From Salpingoeca rosetta (Eukaryota; Protista; Choanoflagellata): a DNA stretch of 64,000 bases. Where the stretch lies: the NCBI GenBank assembly GCA_033442325.1, contig JAWQFM010000017.1, positions 981,125 through 1,045,124 of the forward strand. The letters are read 5' to 3'. Made by a program: the position numbers and the translations under genes. Of this stretch, positions 1 through 19,640 are shown in pieces. Under the pieces are notes generated by a model. The model saw only the letters and a program-made list of their open reading frames with translations, was not told where the DNA came from and did not search any database. The first letter of the stretch is position 1; every line of letters starts with the position of its first letter.

Positions 1-476
1 AGGAGCGGGAGGAGGAACGGCGCAATGTGCTCGTGCGTCTGCAGGAAGACTGTTTCCCGGAAGATGCTTGCGAGGAACACGGGCGCATCGGCGACAATGT
101 CTTCTTGAGTGGCGTTGAAGATGTGAGGTGCTGGCTGAGCGCAGTGGTTGTTGTTGTTGTGGCTGCTGCTGTGGTGATTGCTGCGGTGGTGGCGACGGTG
201 CGCTGATGCGCTTCCAACTAGTTGTGGTTGCTGGTGCTGGTGCTGTTGGTGCTGTTGGTGTTGGGTGGCGATGGCAACAACTGCAAGCTCCGCAATCTTG
301 AAGATGACCTCTGGCGGAATGCTCAAGGCCATGGCTTGGAACGCGCACGCGACGTGGCCGGCAAGCGTGTGTACTTGGCGCTCCATGGCGGCGGTGAGCG
401 TCAGCACGCTGGCATATGCAGGGGCCGTGAACATGACTTCGCGATGCTGGTTGAGCATGGCTGCATGTACGTTCAT
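1..476 (-). CDS. Hypothetical protein, partial (frame runs off the left edge of the window)
   Basis: Stop-free minus frame from ATG at 476 to base 1 (MNVHAAMLNQHREVMFTAPAY...ALSIPPEVIFKIAELAVVAIATQHQQHQQ...FRETVFLQTHEHIAPFLLPL) with C/G-ending codons. The frame is also open upstream, so the start is uncertain. LSIPPEVIFKIA is weakly F-box-like. Confidence 0.4.
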   Translation of the reverse strand, partial: MNVHAAMLNQHREVMFTAPAYASVLTLTAAMERQVHTLAGHVACAFQAMALSIPPEVIFKIAELAVVAIATQHQQHQQHQHQQPQLVGSASAHRRHHRSNHHSSSHNNNNHCAQPAPHIFNATQEDIVADAPVFLASIFRETVFLQTHEHIAPFLLPL

Positions 477-1055
477 GTGTGCCGTGGCCTCGTGCCAGGA
501 GGCAGGAAGGAAGGGCGTATTGGGGCAAGGGCTGGGGCAGGCAACGCGAAACTGAACACGCCGCCGCCCTCCTTCTTTCACACCTCCGACTCTCAGCAGG
601 TGGCGTGTGTGCTCTGTGCTTCTTTGTAAGTGAGCGGTGGTTTGCATCAACACCCACAACACCTCTTGTCTTCGTTCATGTCACATCCGTCGTCACAAGA
701 CGCTTCTTTGTTGCGAAATGGGAACAGGGTGAAGTGTACTGGCAGGGTTCGTGAAGCTTTTGAAATGCATGGAATGTTCCTTTGCTTCACGTTGGGTGTC
801 GTGGGGAAATGGAAACCATGCAGTTTGGGCACACCTGAGCATTCTGACCAAGGGGGGGGGGTTGTATGCAAGAACAAGTGATGGCGACATCATGTCCCCA
901 AGACAACAGTGGCAATGACAACAACCAGCACCATGTCAATGCTACCCGTCACAACTTTAGGAATTCATAATGTAATGCAGGTAAGTGTGCATGAACACGC
1001 AAAGCGCAGACAAGAATACAGCGCAAGTCAACATAATCATCACGTCGCATTGTTG

Positions 1056-2929
<1,874 letters not shown>

Positions 2930-3244
2930 GACCACGATGCCTTGCCTTGCTTGACTCGCTTGCTTCTTTGTTTGTCGTTGTAGCACACAGTTGACCCCGT
3001 CACTTCAGCCGGTGTTGTAAATGATGATGACGGCGCACTGTGGTGGACTGTGGTTGGTGTTTGCGGTGTTGGTTGCCACTGCCATCGCCGCGTTTGCAGT
3101 TACGCGCCGTTTACGACAGCACAAAAAAGGCACAACCAGGCGACAACAACGTTCAATCAACAAGGCAGCAAGGAAAGCAAGAAGCAAACACACACACACA
3201 TACGCACAGACACAGAGCAGCAAAGGGGTTTGATGTCAGCCATT

Positions 3245-6623
<3,379 letters not shown>

Positions 6624-6898
6624 CGTGTGCGTGCTGTGGATGGATGGATGGATGGATGGATGGATGGATGCGGCAGAGGTTGGCGAAGCGAGAAAGAAAG
6701 CAAAACACTGAACGAGTTTGTTTGTGTGGTTTGTGTGTGGTTTTGTTTGTGGTGGTGGTCGGCCCACTTGTCAAATCTCTCACTGGCCGGCTGGCTGGAC
6801 AAAAGCGTAAATGAACCGCTTCTCGGTCAGCCGCCAACCGTTCGTTTTGGTTGCTTTTGAACCAACCATGCAAAGACAAACATGTTTTATTTCGCTAT

Positions 6899-6911
6899 TG
6901 CTGACTCAGCA
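6899..6911. promoter_or_regulatory. Perfect T-MARE palindrome TGCTGACTCAGCA in the divergent PARP / beta-propeller promoter
   Basis: Exact 13-bp match to the Maf recognition element with an AT-rich flank (TAATTTTT), 276 bp upstream of the PARP ATG and about 325 bp upstream of the 7236 ATG. Function is inferred. Confidence 0.5.
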
Positions 6912-7187
6912 TAATTTTTGGCTGCCCATCCTGGGCGTAGCCGCCTCTCCCCGCGCGCCCCGCAAAAATCCTCCGCAGCCACGCCCACGAGCAAGCACAT
7001 GCACAAACACAGGGCAACGTGGTTGGCAAGCAGTGCGTCGGGGACCTTTATTTGTTCACCGCCTCTCTTTGACGCCACAGATCGCATCCATCCTTCTGGT
7101 GCCTCAACCCTTCCTTGCTTTTGAAGCTCCTCTTTCTTTGTTTGACACTTCTTCCCTCGCCTCAGTTCCCACCACAGACACACACAG

Positions 7188-7219
<32 letters not shown>

Positions 7220-7235
7220 ACACAGACACACACAC

Positions 7236-9935
<2,700 letters not shown>

Positions 9936-10770
9936 GCTGAGCTGAGCTGAATTGAGCTGAGTGCCACCCCGCCATACGCACATGTGTAAAGGGAGGACTG
10001 GAGGAGGAGCCCCAGGAGAGGTGTGTGAGAGATGGTGGCAGTGACAAGGGTGTAGGTAGTGCATAGGTAGGCGTGTGCTTTGTGAAAGCTTGAGCCAGTG
10101 CGTGTATGTGTATCTTTGAGCGAGTGCGTGGTCGTGTGTGTTTGTGAGTGCATGTGTACACGATGCTTGCGTGCCAGATGTGCACCCGATCCAATCAACC
10201 CAAGGTATGCAGGCTGTTTACGTTCATGATGTCAGCTCCATCACGTAATGTTACACATCACTCCTTGGTTTGTTTTTTCTTTGTTTTGTTTTTTGTGCTT
10301 CTTGGTTCAATGTGCATCAGGGCAGTGCTGTCTGTACTTCTGATGCGCAGATGGTTTGTTTGTTGCTGCGTCACACCAGCGTGTGCAGTGTAATTGGTGG
10401 TTCTGTTGTCTTTATATCAATGTGAAGGTCAGTCAGTTAAACAGGAGATATATGGCAAGGGTCAAGTAAGCCAACAGAACAGGGGACACGTCAAACCGAT
10501 TCGCATCAAGCCACGTATGTGCGAGTGTGCCCAGGGAAAACTGACAGCACCCAGCACAAGGGATAAGTTACACCCTTGGTCGGGGTGCATGCAAGCAGAA
10601 ACAGAAAACAACTACGGCCACTCAATACATGGTCTGAAATTGGGGGTCGGGGTCGGGGGTTGCATAGGAAACCAACGCATGGAGGGGGAGAGGGGGGGGG
10701 GAAGAAACGACAGCACAAACAAACAAACAAACAACAAACCAAAACAAACAGACAGACAGACAGATACACA

Positions 10771-13002
10771 CTACTTCTTCTTCTTGTCCTTGCCCGCCGC
10801 CTGCTTCTTGCGGCGGCGTGTGGGCTTGTTTGGGTCGTGTGTCTTCATGTGTGCGCAGAGGTGGTCACTGCGTGTGAAGCACCGCTGGCAGACCTTGCAC
10901 TTGTACGGGCGCGCTCCCGTATGTGTGCGCATGTGTCGCTTGAGCTCGTCTGCTCTCGAAAACGCCCAGTGGCAGCCCTCAAACGTGCACGCGTGCGGCC
11001 TCTCCCCAGAGTGCGAGCGCAGGTGCGTCTTGAGGTGGGAGCTCTTGATGTACCGCTTGCCGCAGCCCGGGTGCGGGCACACGTACGGGCGATCCCGGCC
11101 ATCGTCGCGCGGCTGCCGTGACCTTCGCTTAGGCGCATTCACATACGGCGGGAGGCCCTCCTCGTTGCCATCGTTGCCGTTGCCACTGCCTGTCTTGGCG
11201 CTGGCACTCTTGCCGTTGCTCTTCCTGCCGAGACGTGCACCGCTGCGTCGCGTGCCCTTCTGCTGTCGCCGCCGGGCTGATGATGGTGCCGATGTCGAAG
11301 TCGATGCCGGTGAGGGCGGTGACGGGGATGCGCCTGGGAGCGCGCGCGCCTTGCGGGTACGACCACGGCCACGACCGCCGCCAACTGGAGGCTGCTGGTA
11401 CGGTGGTGGGGGCTGCGACTGCGAGGGAAGCAGCAGCGGTGGTGGGGGCGGCAGCGGTGAGAGTCGTCCTGGCGAGAAGCGACCGTGCATGTTCGCCGGC
11501 TCAACCAGCGCGGAGGACGCAGCGAGAGAGCGGCCAGAGAGAGAAAGAGGCCAATCAGACGCAAGCAGACGCGACGATGGTGGCGGTGGCGGTGTGCCAC
11601 CAAGCCGATGCTGGTGGTGGTGGTGGTGGTGGTGCTGGGGGTGGTAGTGTGACTGCTGCTGTGTGTGATGGAGCGGGTGGTGTCCGGTGCGGAGAGAAGA
11701 GGCGGTGGCGGGCATTGCTGTGGATGCCGACGCATCCGATGGGATGAGTGGCACGGCGTGCGCGGCGGTACCGGGCACGTGCTGGTGTTGGTGGTGTTGG
11801 TGGTGTTGGTGGTGTTGGTGGTGCAGCAGCTCTGCCAGCGTGGCGGAGGAAGAGGACAAGGAGGTGCGGCGTGGGCTGCGGACATCACGCGGGGTGTATG
11901 GGTCGCGGAGCAACGAGGTGTGCTCGTCCAAGGCGGCGTGTGCACCCGTGAGCATGGACACGGTGTCCCCCGACACAGTATCAAACGGGTTGTCGAGCTC
12001 AAGCAGGCTAGGGTCGAGCGTGGTTGCGTCCAGCAGCGTGCCGTGGCCGCTGGCACTGCCGTAATGGCGGCCCCTTCCAAGACTGCCGCTGCCACCAGCA
12101 ATACCCGGCGACATGGTTGTGGCGTGTGCCGACGTTGTTGGCGTGGACGTGGGCTCCCCACTCTCCCCGTTGTTGGCGTCGGTGCCACCAATGTCAGTCT
12201 CCAAGAGCGACTGCAAGTGGGCGGTGAAGTCGGTGGCTGACGCGTACGTCGGCGTTGCTGGCCTCCGTCGTGCTATCCCCGCACCGCCTCCGCCTCTTCC
12301 TCGAGCAGCTGCCATCATCGCGGATGCGTGTGTTGTGTCTGCGGCGCCAGAGGGTGCTGTTGCCATGCCGCCGTGCGCGTGGCCCCCGCGTCGGTTGCCG
12401 TTCGTGGCGGCGTTTCTACCGCTGTTACTGTTGTTGTTACTGCTGTCGTTATGGTCGTCGTTGTTGCCATGCGAATCGGCTGCACGCTCACGGCCGCTGC
12501 CGCGCTCATCCGCGTCACGTGGGCGGCTGTCTTCGTCGTGTCGCGTCTCACCGGGCGTGGTGGACGTGAGCGGGAGGATGGGCAAGGCTGCCTGTGTGCG
12601 TGACGTTTTTCCTGTTGTTAGCGTTCCTGTCGCTGGCGACGATGACGACAGCGGGGAGCTGCCGTGCCGCACGTGTGGTGGCGTCCACCCAGCAGAGGGT
12701 GCAGCTGCAATGCCGTGCACGTGGCCCTGGTAGCTGCACCCCGACGAGGCAGACGAGGGGTACGACGCCGTGCCCGATGCGGACGGCGGGTTGGTGGAGG
12801 CAAGCAGGTCGGCGGCGTGCGTGGTGGGGCTGCTGCACGCGTCGTGCTCATGCTGATGGTGATGGCGATGTTGGTGTTGGTGGTGGTGTGACTCGAGTGG
12901 ATGGTGGTAGGCACCAGCGTGTGGGTGGTCACCGCGGTGCACGCCATGGGGCGGGGAAGGGATTGTGGTGGAGCCGGAGTGCGCATGCAGTGGTGACGCG
13001 TG

Positions 13003-13034
<32 letters not shown>

Positions 13035-14724
13035 ACGAGGGCCCTTGCTGGGGTGGGCCTGGTGACGGCGTGTCACCGGCAGTGAGCTGTTGCTGCTGCT
13101 GGAGGTGCGCGTGGCTGTCGTTGCTGTCACCGTGGTCATGACCGTGGCCATAGTAGTCGCCAATTTTTGGGCGCTTGTGTGGGTTGTTGTCCATGCTGTT
13201 GCCGTTGATGGTGTGGATGTTCCATGCAAACGGGTTGTGGTGAACGTAGCTGGTGGTGATGCTGGTATCACTGTTGCTGTGGTGGTGGTGGTCATGCTGG
13301 TGTTGATGGAGGAGGTGGTGTTGATCATTGTACGGTTGATGGTGGTGGTGGTGGTGGTGGTGGTGGTGGTCCTGGTCACCGTCAGTGCTGTCGTTGCTAT
13401 CGTCTGGCCCGCTGTGGCCGTGGTCAGGCAGCGGGACCACAGCAGTGGTGGCCGTGGTGTTGTTGGCGATGCTGAAGGAGAAGCGGAGCGGCAGCTGCGC
13501 CACCATCGTGGGTACGCTAGTGCATGTGCTTGGCGGGACATAAGTCTGGTACACGGAGGTCCAGCCCTGGCGGCGCTTGGTTGGCGGCGACGATGATGGG
13601 GACGAAGTGGCGGTGGAGGCTGGAGGTGGTGGAGGAGGAGGTGGAGGTGGGAGCATCATGGGCTTGTGCGGGGCACAGGACAGCTGGATGTGGTTGTTGT
13701 TGTGGTGGAGGTGGTGTACGGGTTGGGGGCGGCACGCCACAGCGATGTTGCCCGTGTGCATGGGTGTTGGGGTGGTTGCCGTGGCCAGTGGCGATGAGGG
13801 CTGTGACGACGATGGGCAGCCTGTTGACGACGTCGGGGACGCGCCGTCATGTGCGTGTGTTGGTGTTGTTGTGGCAAAGAGGGACGCAGGGGCTGCCGTG
13901 CTAGTTGCGGTTGTTGTTGTTGCTGTTGTTGCTGTTGTTGTTGCTGTTGCAGCCTCGTATGTGGTGGCGTCGCTGGTGTGCACAGCAGGGCGGCGGGGAG
14001 GCTGTGGGGGCGGTGGAAACTTGGTGTACAGATCCCTTGCCACTGTTGGGGATGACGCGAACCCAGCCGGCGGTGGGGTTGACGAGGACACACACCGCGC
14101 GCCACTGGCGCTGTTGGCGGCGGCCGTGGCGTTGGATGCAGTTGCTGAAGCTGTTGCAGCAGCTGTTGTTGTAGTTGGCGGCGTGGTGTTTGGAGTGTGG
14201 GTTGTGGCTGAGGAGGATGTGCGTGTGACAGGAGAGGGTGAAGGTGTTGGGGATGGCGAGGAAGCAGAGGCGTTGCTGCCGCGCTGCCTCAGACGCGGTT
14301 CTGGCGCGTGCCGTTGGTCCTGTTGTTCCTGTTGTTGCTGGTCCTGTTGTTCCTGTTGTTGCTGGTGTTGCGGTTGGTGTTGTTGCTGGTGTTGCGGTTG
14401 ATGTTGTTGTTGCTGGTGGTGTGCATCGGGGGAGGCGCGTGGTGCTGGGGTGGCGGCGGTGTCATCGTGGCCGGTTGCACTTGGCGGGGAAGGGCTATGG
14501 GGCGGCGTGGACGCGGCCGAGGCGACGACGGTTGATGTCGGCGTTGATGGGTGGGCAGTCAGCATGGTCTGAAGGTCCTTGGTGCTTTGGTGGAGGGAGG
14601 AAGGCGGGTTCACGGACGCCTGGTGTGTGTGCTGGTGGGGGTGGTACTGTTCGTGTTGCTGCTGTTGCTGCTGTGTTTGTGGGGGTGCTGCCACTGTTGC
14701 TGCTGGAGGGGACTGCATCTTCAT
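10771..14724 (-). CDS. Kruppel-like factor (KLF/Sp-type) C2H2 zinc-finger transcription factor with a very long low-complexity N-terminus
   Basis: C-terminal triple finger [77 protein letters not shown] carries the KLF recognition residues (KSSHL, RxDEL, RSDHL). First in-frame ATG at 14724; no Sp buttonhead box seen. Confidence 0.9.
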
Positions 14725-16584
14725 GGCGATGCATGCAAGCAAGTTGCAGCCGTGACACTGTATCTGTGGTGGTTGGGGCTGGCTGGTGCTCCGATGGCCG
14801 GTCAGCCAAGTCAGTCAGCCAGACAAGACACACGGTCAGTCAGGCTGCCCCAAGGGAAAAGTGGGGGGGGGGGGGAACAGAAAGAGGGCAGCCGCGAGAG
14901 CTTGGGCCAGTTCCAGGCGCGGGCGTGTGTGTATGTGTGTATGTGCGTCGTTGGCGGGTGCAGCTCGCTGTGTCAAACGGAAGGGATGACTGACGAGTGC
15001 ACGATGAGACGAAGAGCAGTGCTGCCGTCGTGAGTTGAGCTGCTGGTGCTGCTGGTGTTGGTGGTGGGTGCGATGGCAGGCGTTGTGCACGGCGGCGGAA
15101 TGGAAGGTGCGTACTCCTCTGTCCGGACAACGGATGAAAGATGACGGCGGCGGAGGAGCGGTCGTTCAGTTGCCTCTGTGTGTGTGCGTGGGGGCCGGTG
15201 GAATTGGGGCTGGGCGGTGCTGTGGACTCGGGGTGTGGTTGGGCGGGTGTGCTGCCTTGGCGAGAAAATGAACTGTCGGGGAGTAGCGACGCGGGTGGAA
15301 TCCACACTCGGGCAGGATGCGAATGAGGGCAGAGGAGAAATGCAACAGCGTGGGTGGAGAAGGAGAGAGAAATTGAGGGTGGGGGGAAGGCAAGACTTGC
15401 GGGGAGGAAGTGGGGATAGAGGGGAAGGCGATTGACTAATGCAAGCAACTTGGAGTTGAGGGGGAATTGGTTGGCGAGCCCGATTGCTTTGAATGGAAGG
15501 GATCAATGCATGAATGGGGGCTGCTGAATGGGGTTGCACCTCGAATCAAACACTGTTGTGCGCTGAATCGAGGGCGCGTATGTGTGTGCAAGCAGAGGGA
15601 GCACAGGGATGGAGCAGAGAGAGAGACAGAGAGAGCGAGGAGGGGGGGACGGGGACGAGGGCTGAATGAAGGATGAAGCAAGGGCGAACAAACGCGCGAT
15701 GAATGGGTTTCGAGAGGAGAGAGTCAGAAGCCGAGCTAGCGAGTGATACAATGGTCACTCAGTGCGGATAGATGGATGGGATGGGATGAATGGGAGCTGG
15801 CGATCAGCAATGGACACGCGGGTTTGAGCGAGGAAAGCGGTCATGAAACCTCGGACTTTCGTGTGTGTGTGTGTGTGTGTGTGTGTGTTGCTGATGGTGT
15901 GTGGCTGTTCGTGGGGTTGTTGGTTCGTGCCAAGCGTTTGAGATGATGTGCCGTTTGCCGCAAGGGGGAATTAAAGAAGCGTTTGAAACCTCCTGTCGGT
16001 TTGCTTGCTTGGTTGCCAGCTAGCTAAGCAGTGCTGTGGGTGCTGGTGGTCTGAATAACGGTCTGTGTGCAATTGGGTTGATGACGTGAGCGACGATGAG
16101 GAGTGGGTGCGTGTGATCAAAATCATGCGTGTGGGTGCGATGAGGTGGGGAGCGGGTGAGGTGGGGAGCGGGGATAGCACTCACGCTGACAGTTGCGGGC
16201 ACGAACACACACACACACACACATACGCCGCACACGCATAGACAATAACTGACCTTGCAGCTTGTTTGGAAAATGGACCTTGTTGAGGGTGTGTGTTGTG
16301 CGTGTTGCGTGGTGGCGTGGGTGCTCTGTGTGTCAGGAAGTAAGTAGCTGCAGAGCAGCGGTCGTCATCATCAGGTTGCTTGCTTGCTTGCTTGCTTTCG
16401 GGTGTTGTGCCATTGTGTGCGAGGCTGCTTTGTTTGTGTTTGTGTGTGCGTGCATGTGTTTGGGCGGTCTGCAACAACAGCAAACCAACAACGCGCACCG
16501 CCCTCCTTCGCCACCAAACCACGACAAGGCAAAACAATGGTCGTGTCACCCGATGGTGTCATTGTTTTCGTTTGGTTGCCTCTG

Positions 16585-16646
16585 ATTGGCCAATTTTCAG
16601 ACAATAAAGTAAAATTGAAGGGTGGCGTTGCGATCGGGGGCGTGGC
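16585..16646. promoter_or_regulatory. Putative KLF-gene promoter: double CCAAT palindrome (ATTGGCCAAT, 16585-16594) and GC box GGGGCGTGGC (16637-16646)
   Basis: Motifs seen directly about 1.9 kb upstream of the KLF ATG. Assignment as the promoter is inference. Confidence 0.35.
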
Positions 16647-17592
16647 CGCAGGTTGCAACAGCATGTCTTGGGGTGTCGGATATGATGGTGGACAAGCTGT
16701 GTTTGAGGACAACAGTGGCGGTGTTCTCACAGCATTCCCTCTTGCTTCACTTGTTGTTTCGTGCTTCCTTTCCCCCCTCAACCCACGTCCACACTTCCAT
16801 TCCTCAGCGTTTACACTTGACAATGTCATGGGGGGTTCAATTTAAGTGATGTATGTATTCTGGCGCGTTGAAAGCAACAACAGCAGCAACAGCAACACAA
16901 GGCAGACAAGAGACACGATGGATGAAGAGGGGATGGCGGGCGCACGCAGTGTGTGCATGTCAAGTGATTGTCAAGTGGGGACTGCGCGGTTTGCGTGGGT
17001 GGATGGAAACTTCTCCTTGAGCAATAGTGTGCGCCAAAGAAAAACGGGCACCTATCAGAGAAGAACCCCCACACAAAAACAACACCGAGCATCAAAAACC
17101 CACAACACACGAGCGAAATAAAGGGCCGCAAAGCGTCTTGGGGGTGCGTGCGCGCGCGCCAAGAACCACCAAGCACATCATGTCATCTCACTGCCAAAAA
17201 CAGTGCAGCTGCAAAAGGAGGCAACGCAGTTAGGAAAAGCAGAGCAAGGCGCAGGCAACAAAAAGAAAGAAAGAAAAAGAAAAGGCAAAGCAAGGGCAGG
17301 CAGGAAAAAAGAAAAGGGCTAAATGACATGAACGGTCGTCGTCACAACGGAAACAAAACACAGACAAACACAAACAACAACAATGACAGGACACACGAGG
17401 AAAAAAGAGCAAAGGGGAAAAAGGCGCGTGGAGGAACCGTGTCTTGCAAAAGCAACAACAGCTCACACCAAGCGTTCAAGGGTGAAAGAAAAAAGGGGTA
17501 AATCGAGACGTCGGTTATCCGATCAGTCTCGGGGGGCGGGTTTCGGGTGTTTTGCTTGTGCAAGCAAGCACAAACAAACACGCGTGGTGCCT

Positions 17593-18858
17593 TCAGCAGC
17601 AAAGCGGTTGCGGTTGCTGCTGTTGTGGCACCTGGCCGTTGGCGCGGAGGACAGAGGTGAGCAGAAGCTGGAGGCCAGCGAGCTGCGTGTCGGCGTCGGC
17701 GACAGCCTGGCGCAGGTTGATGTTGTTCGTCTTGAGCGTGTTGACGCCCATGCGTTCCTGCTCGCGCTTCTTGGCCTGGGAGCGCTGGTTCTGCACCTTG
17801 CGGCGCTCGTCCACGTAGAGCTCGACAAGCGCGCTCCTGTCCGGGCGGTCAAGGCGGGCCAGCGTCTTCTTGATGGCCTTGAACGTCATTTTGTCAACGT
17901 CCAGCGCAGCGAGGCGGAAGAAGAACGCGTTCTTGGGGCTGGAGCGGTCCTTCTTGCGGGCGGGCGCCATGCGGTTGCCGTCATGGGCAACAAGGTCCAT
18001 CACATTCTCCGTGGTGATGCCGCCGGCGCGGGTGTGCGTGCACAGCCACTGCTTCAGCTGCTCCTCCGCAGCGCTCAGCGTGCAGGCGATGCCCTGCTGC
18101 TGCTGCTGCTGCTGCTGCTGGCGGTTCTGCTTCTTTGTCTTGGTCTTCTTCTTCTGGTTCTTGTCGGCCGCGGGCGATGCTGGCGGTGTGGACTGGCGAC
18201 GCACAGGCGACGACGCAGGCGAAGAGTAGCCAGACGAGGCTGGTGGAGACGACGCCACAGACGCGAACATCGGAGATGGAGGCGCCATTGAAGCTGCCTC
18301 AGCCTCGACGCCAACACTGTTGCCCTGGCCGTGGAAGGACCAAGTGGTGGCCATTGTGGACCACGCCTCGGCTGCAGACGGCGGCGACGACGACGACGAC
18401 GATGACGTGTATGCCGACTCGGCGGGAGAACAGGGCGTGGAGATGCGCATGCCGCTGATGGTGGACGACGACGCGGGCGAGCTTGGTGCACCACCAACGA
18501 TTGCCAACGACTCCAAGTTGAGCGTGGAGAGCGGCGGGTAGGCGGGCTCCTCACCAGCAAAATAGCTGTCAAGCGCGCTGTCCAAGTCGGCGTCGGTGCT
18601 GCCGACCGAGGCGAGGCTGTCGAGCGCAAGGTCCATGCTGTCCATGTGCGGCACACACACGTCAGTGCTGCTGATGCTGCTGGTGGTGGTGTCTGTTGTG
18701 ATTGGCGTCGCCATCGGCGCGCTTGTTGTTGGGGGGAGGGCAACGTCGAGGTCAAAGCTGGCGAGGTCCAGCAGGTCGCCAAACGAGGACATCATCTGGG
18801 CATCGTCAAACAGCTCAAACATGGCTGGCGAGCCAGCGCGAGGAGCAAAGGAGGCCAT
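17593..18858 (-). CDS. Divergent bZIP transcription factor with acidic N-terminal activation-like region
   Basis: ERRKVQN-QRSQAKK-R-EQERMGVNT-L-KTNNIN-L-RQAVAD-A-DTQLAG-L fits the N-x7-R-x9-L-x6-L bZIP spacing. Acidic/hydrophobic N-terminus (MFELFDD...LLDLASFDLD). ATG at 18858. Confidence 0.7.
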   Translation of the reverse strand: MASFAPRAGSPAMFELFDDAQMMSSFGDLLDLASFDLDVALPPTTSAPMATPITTDTTTSSISSTDVCVPHMDSMDLALDSLASVGSTDADLDSALDSYFAGEEPAYPPLSTLNLESLAIVGGAPSSPASSSTISGMRISTPCSPAESAYTSSSSSSSPPSAAEAWSTMATTWSFHGQGNSVGVEAEAASMAPPSPMFASVASSPPASSGYSSPASSPVRRQSTPPASPAADKNQKKKTKTKKQNRQQQQQQQQQGIACTLSAAEEQLKQWLCTHTRAGGITTENVMDLVAHDGNRMAPARKKDRSSPKNAFFFRLAALDVDKMTFKAIKKTLARLDRPDRSALVELYVDERRKVQNQRSQAKKREQERMGVNTLKTNNINLRQAVADADTQLAGLQLLLTSVLRANGQVPQQQQPQPLCC

Positions 18859-19320
18859 CGTTGTCCGTGGTGGTGAGGAAGGGAGGAAGGGAGGGGAGGA
18901 AGGGAGGAAGGGAGGAAGGGAGGAATTGACGACAAGGTGAAAAGAACAGCAGCGATAAGGGAAGGCGAGGGGGGAAGCGAGCGCTTGCTGTTCGTCTGCA
19001 ACTGCTGCTGTTGGCGTTTTGCTCTCGAGAAGGGAAGGAATGAAAATGGTTACGGGAAAAGCGACGACAACACACAAAATTAGGCGAAAAAGAAGCAAGC
19101 AACAGAGAGAAACGACGGCCAGCTGTTCCCCTTGTTTGCCTTGCTTGCTTGTTTCCCTTTGTTCTTTCTCTCGCACTGCTTTGTGGGTTCGTGCTGAGAG
19201 ATTTTGCGATGCAACCACCCACGGACCGAGCAATACACCCAATCAGTGAACGTGGTGAAATGTAAACAACATATCCACCAATGCGTATTTCAAGCCATTG
19301 CTCGTGCGAAACAAACAACG

Positions 19321-19393
19321 TGACTCACACCAAAATTTGTGGGGTTGACAGCGGACAGGTCGCACTGACGCTGACTCAGAACCTGAGTCAGCA
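19321..19393. promoter_or_regulatory. AP-1/MARE cluster upstream of the bZIP gene: TGACTCA (19321-19327) and inverted repeat GCTGACTCAG-aac-CTGAGTCAGC (19370-19392)
   Basis: Three TGA(C/G)TCA cores within 75 bp, two with the GC flank of MARE/ARE sites; CCAAT boxes nearby at about 19239 and 19278. Confidence 0.5.
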
Positions 19394-19640
19394 ACATTTT
19401 ACGCAACAGGACAAAGCGCATATCGCACACAAAAAAAAAGGCAAACGAAGCAATCAGGCAGGCATCCGACCGGGCACTTAGTTGTGGAACACGGGTGAGA
19501 AGAGGAAGATGCGTTTTGCGACACATGATTTGACGACTGTCACACCCAACAACTCAACACTCACACAACTCACTCACTCTTTCGACACACAACACACACG
19601 AATACACAAGCACACTTCTCTCCCCCCCACACACACTCAC

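Noticed and set aside
10394-11647. 417-aa plus-strand ORF
   Set aside because: Antisense shadow of the KLF zinc-finger region.
14800-17550. Hidden gene in the long KLF-bZIP interval
   Set aside because: I found no exon chain with coding bias; it reads as UTR or promoter sequence, though a small gene or ncRNA cannot be excluded.
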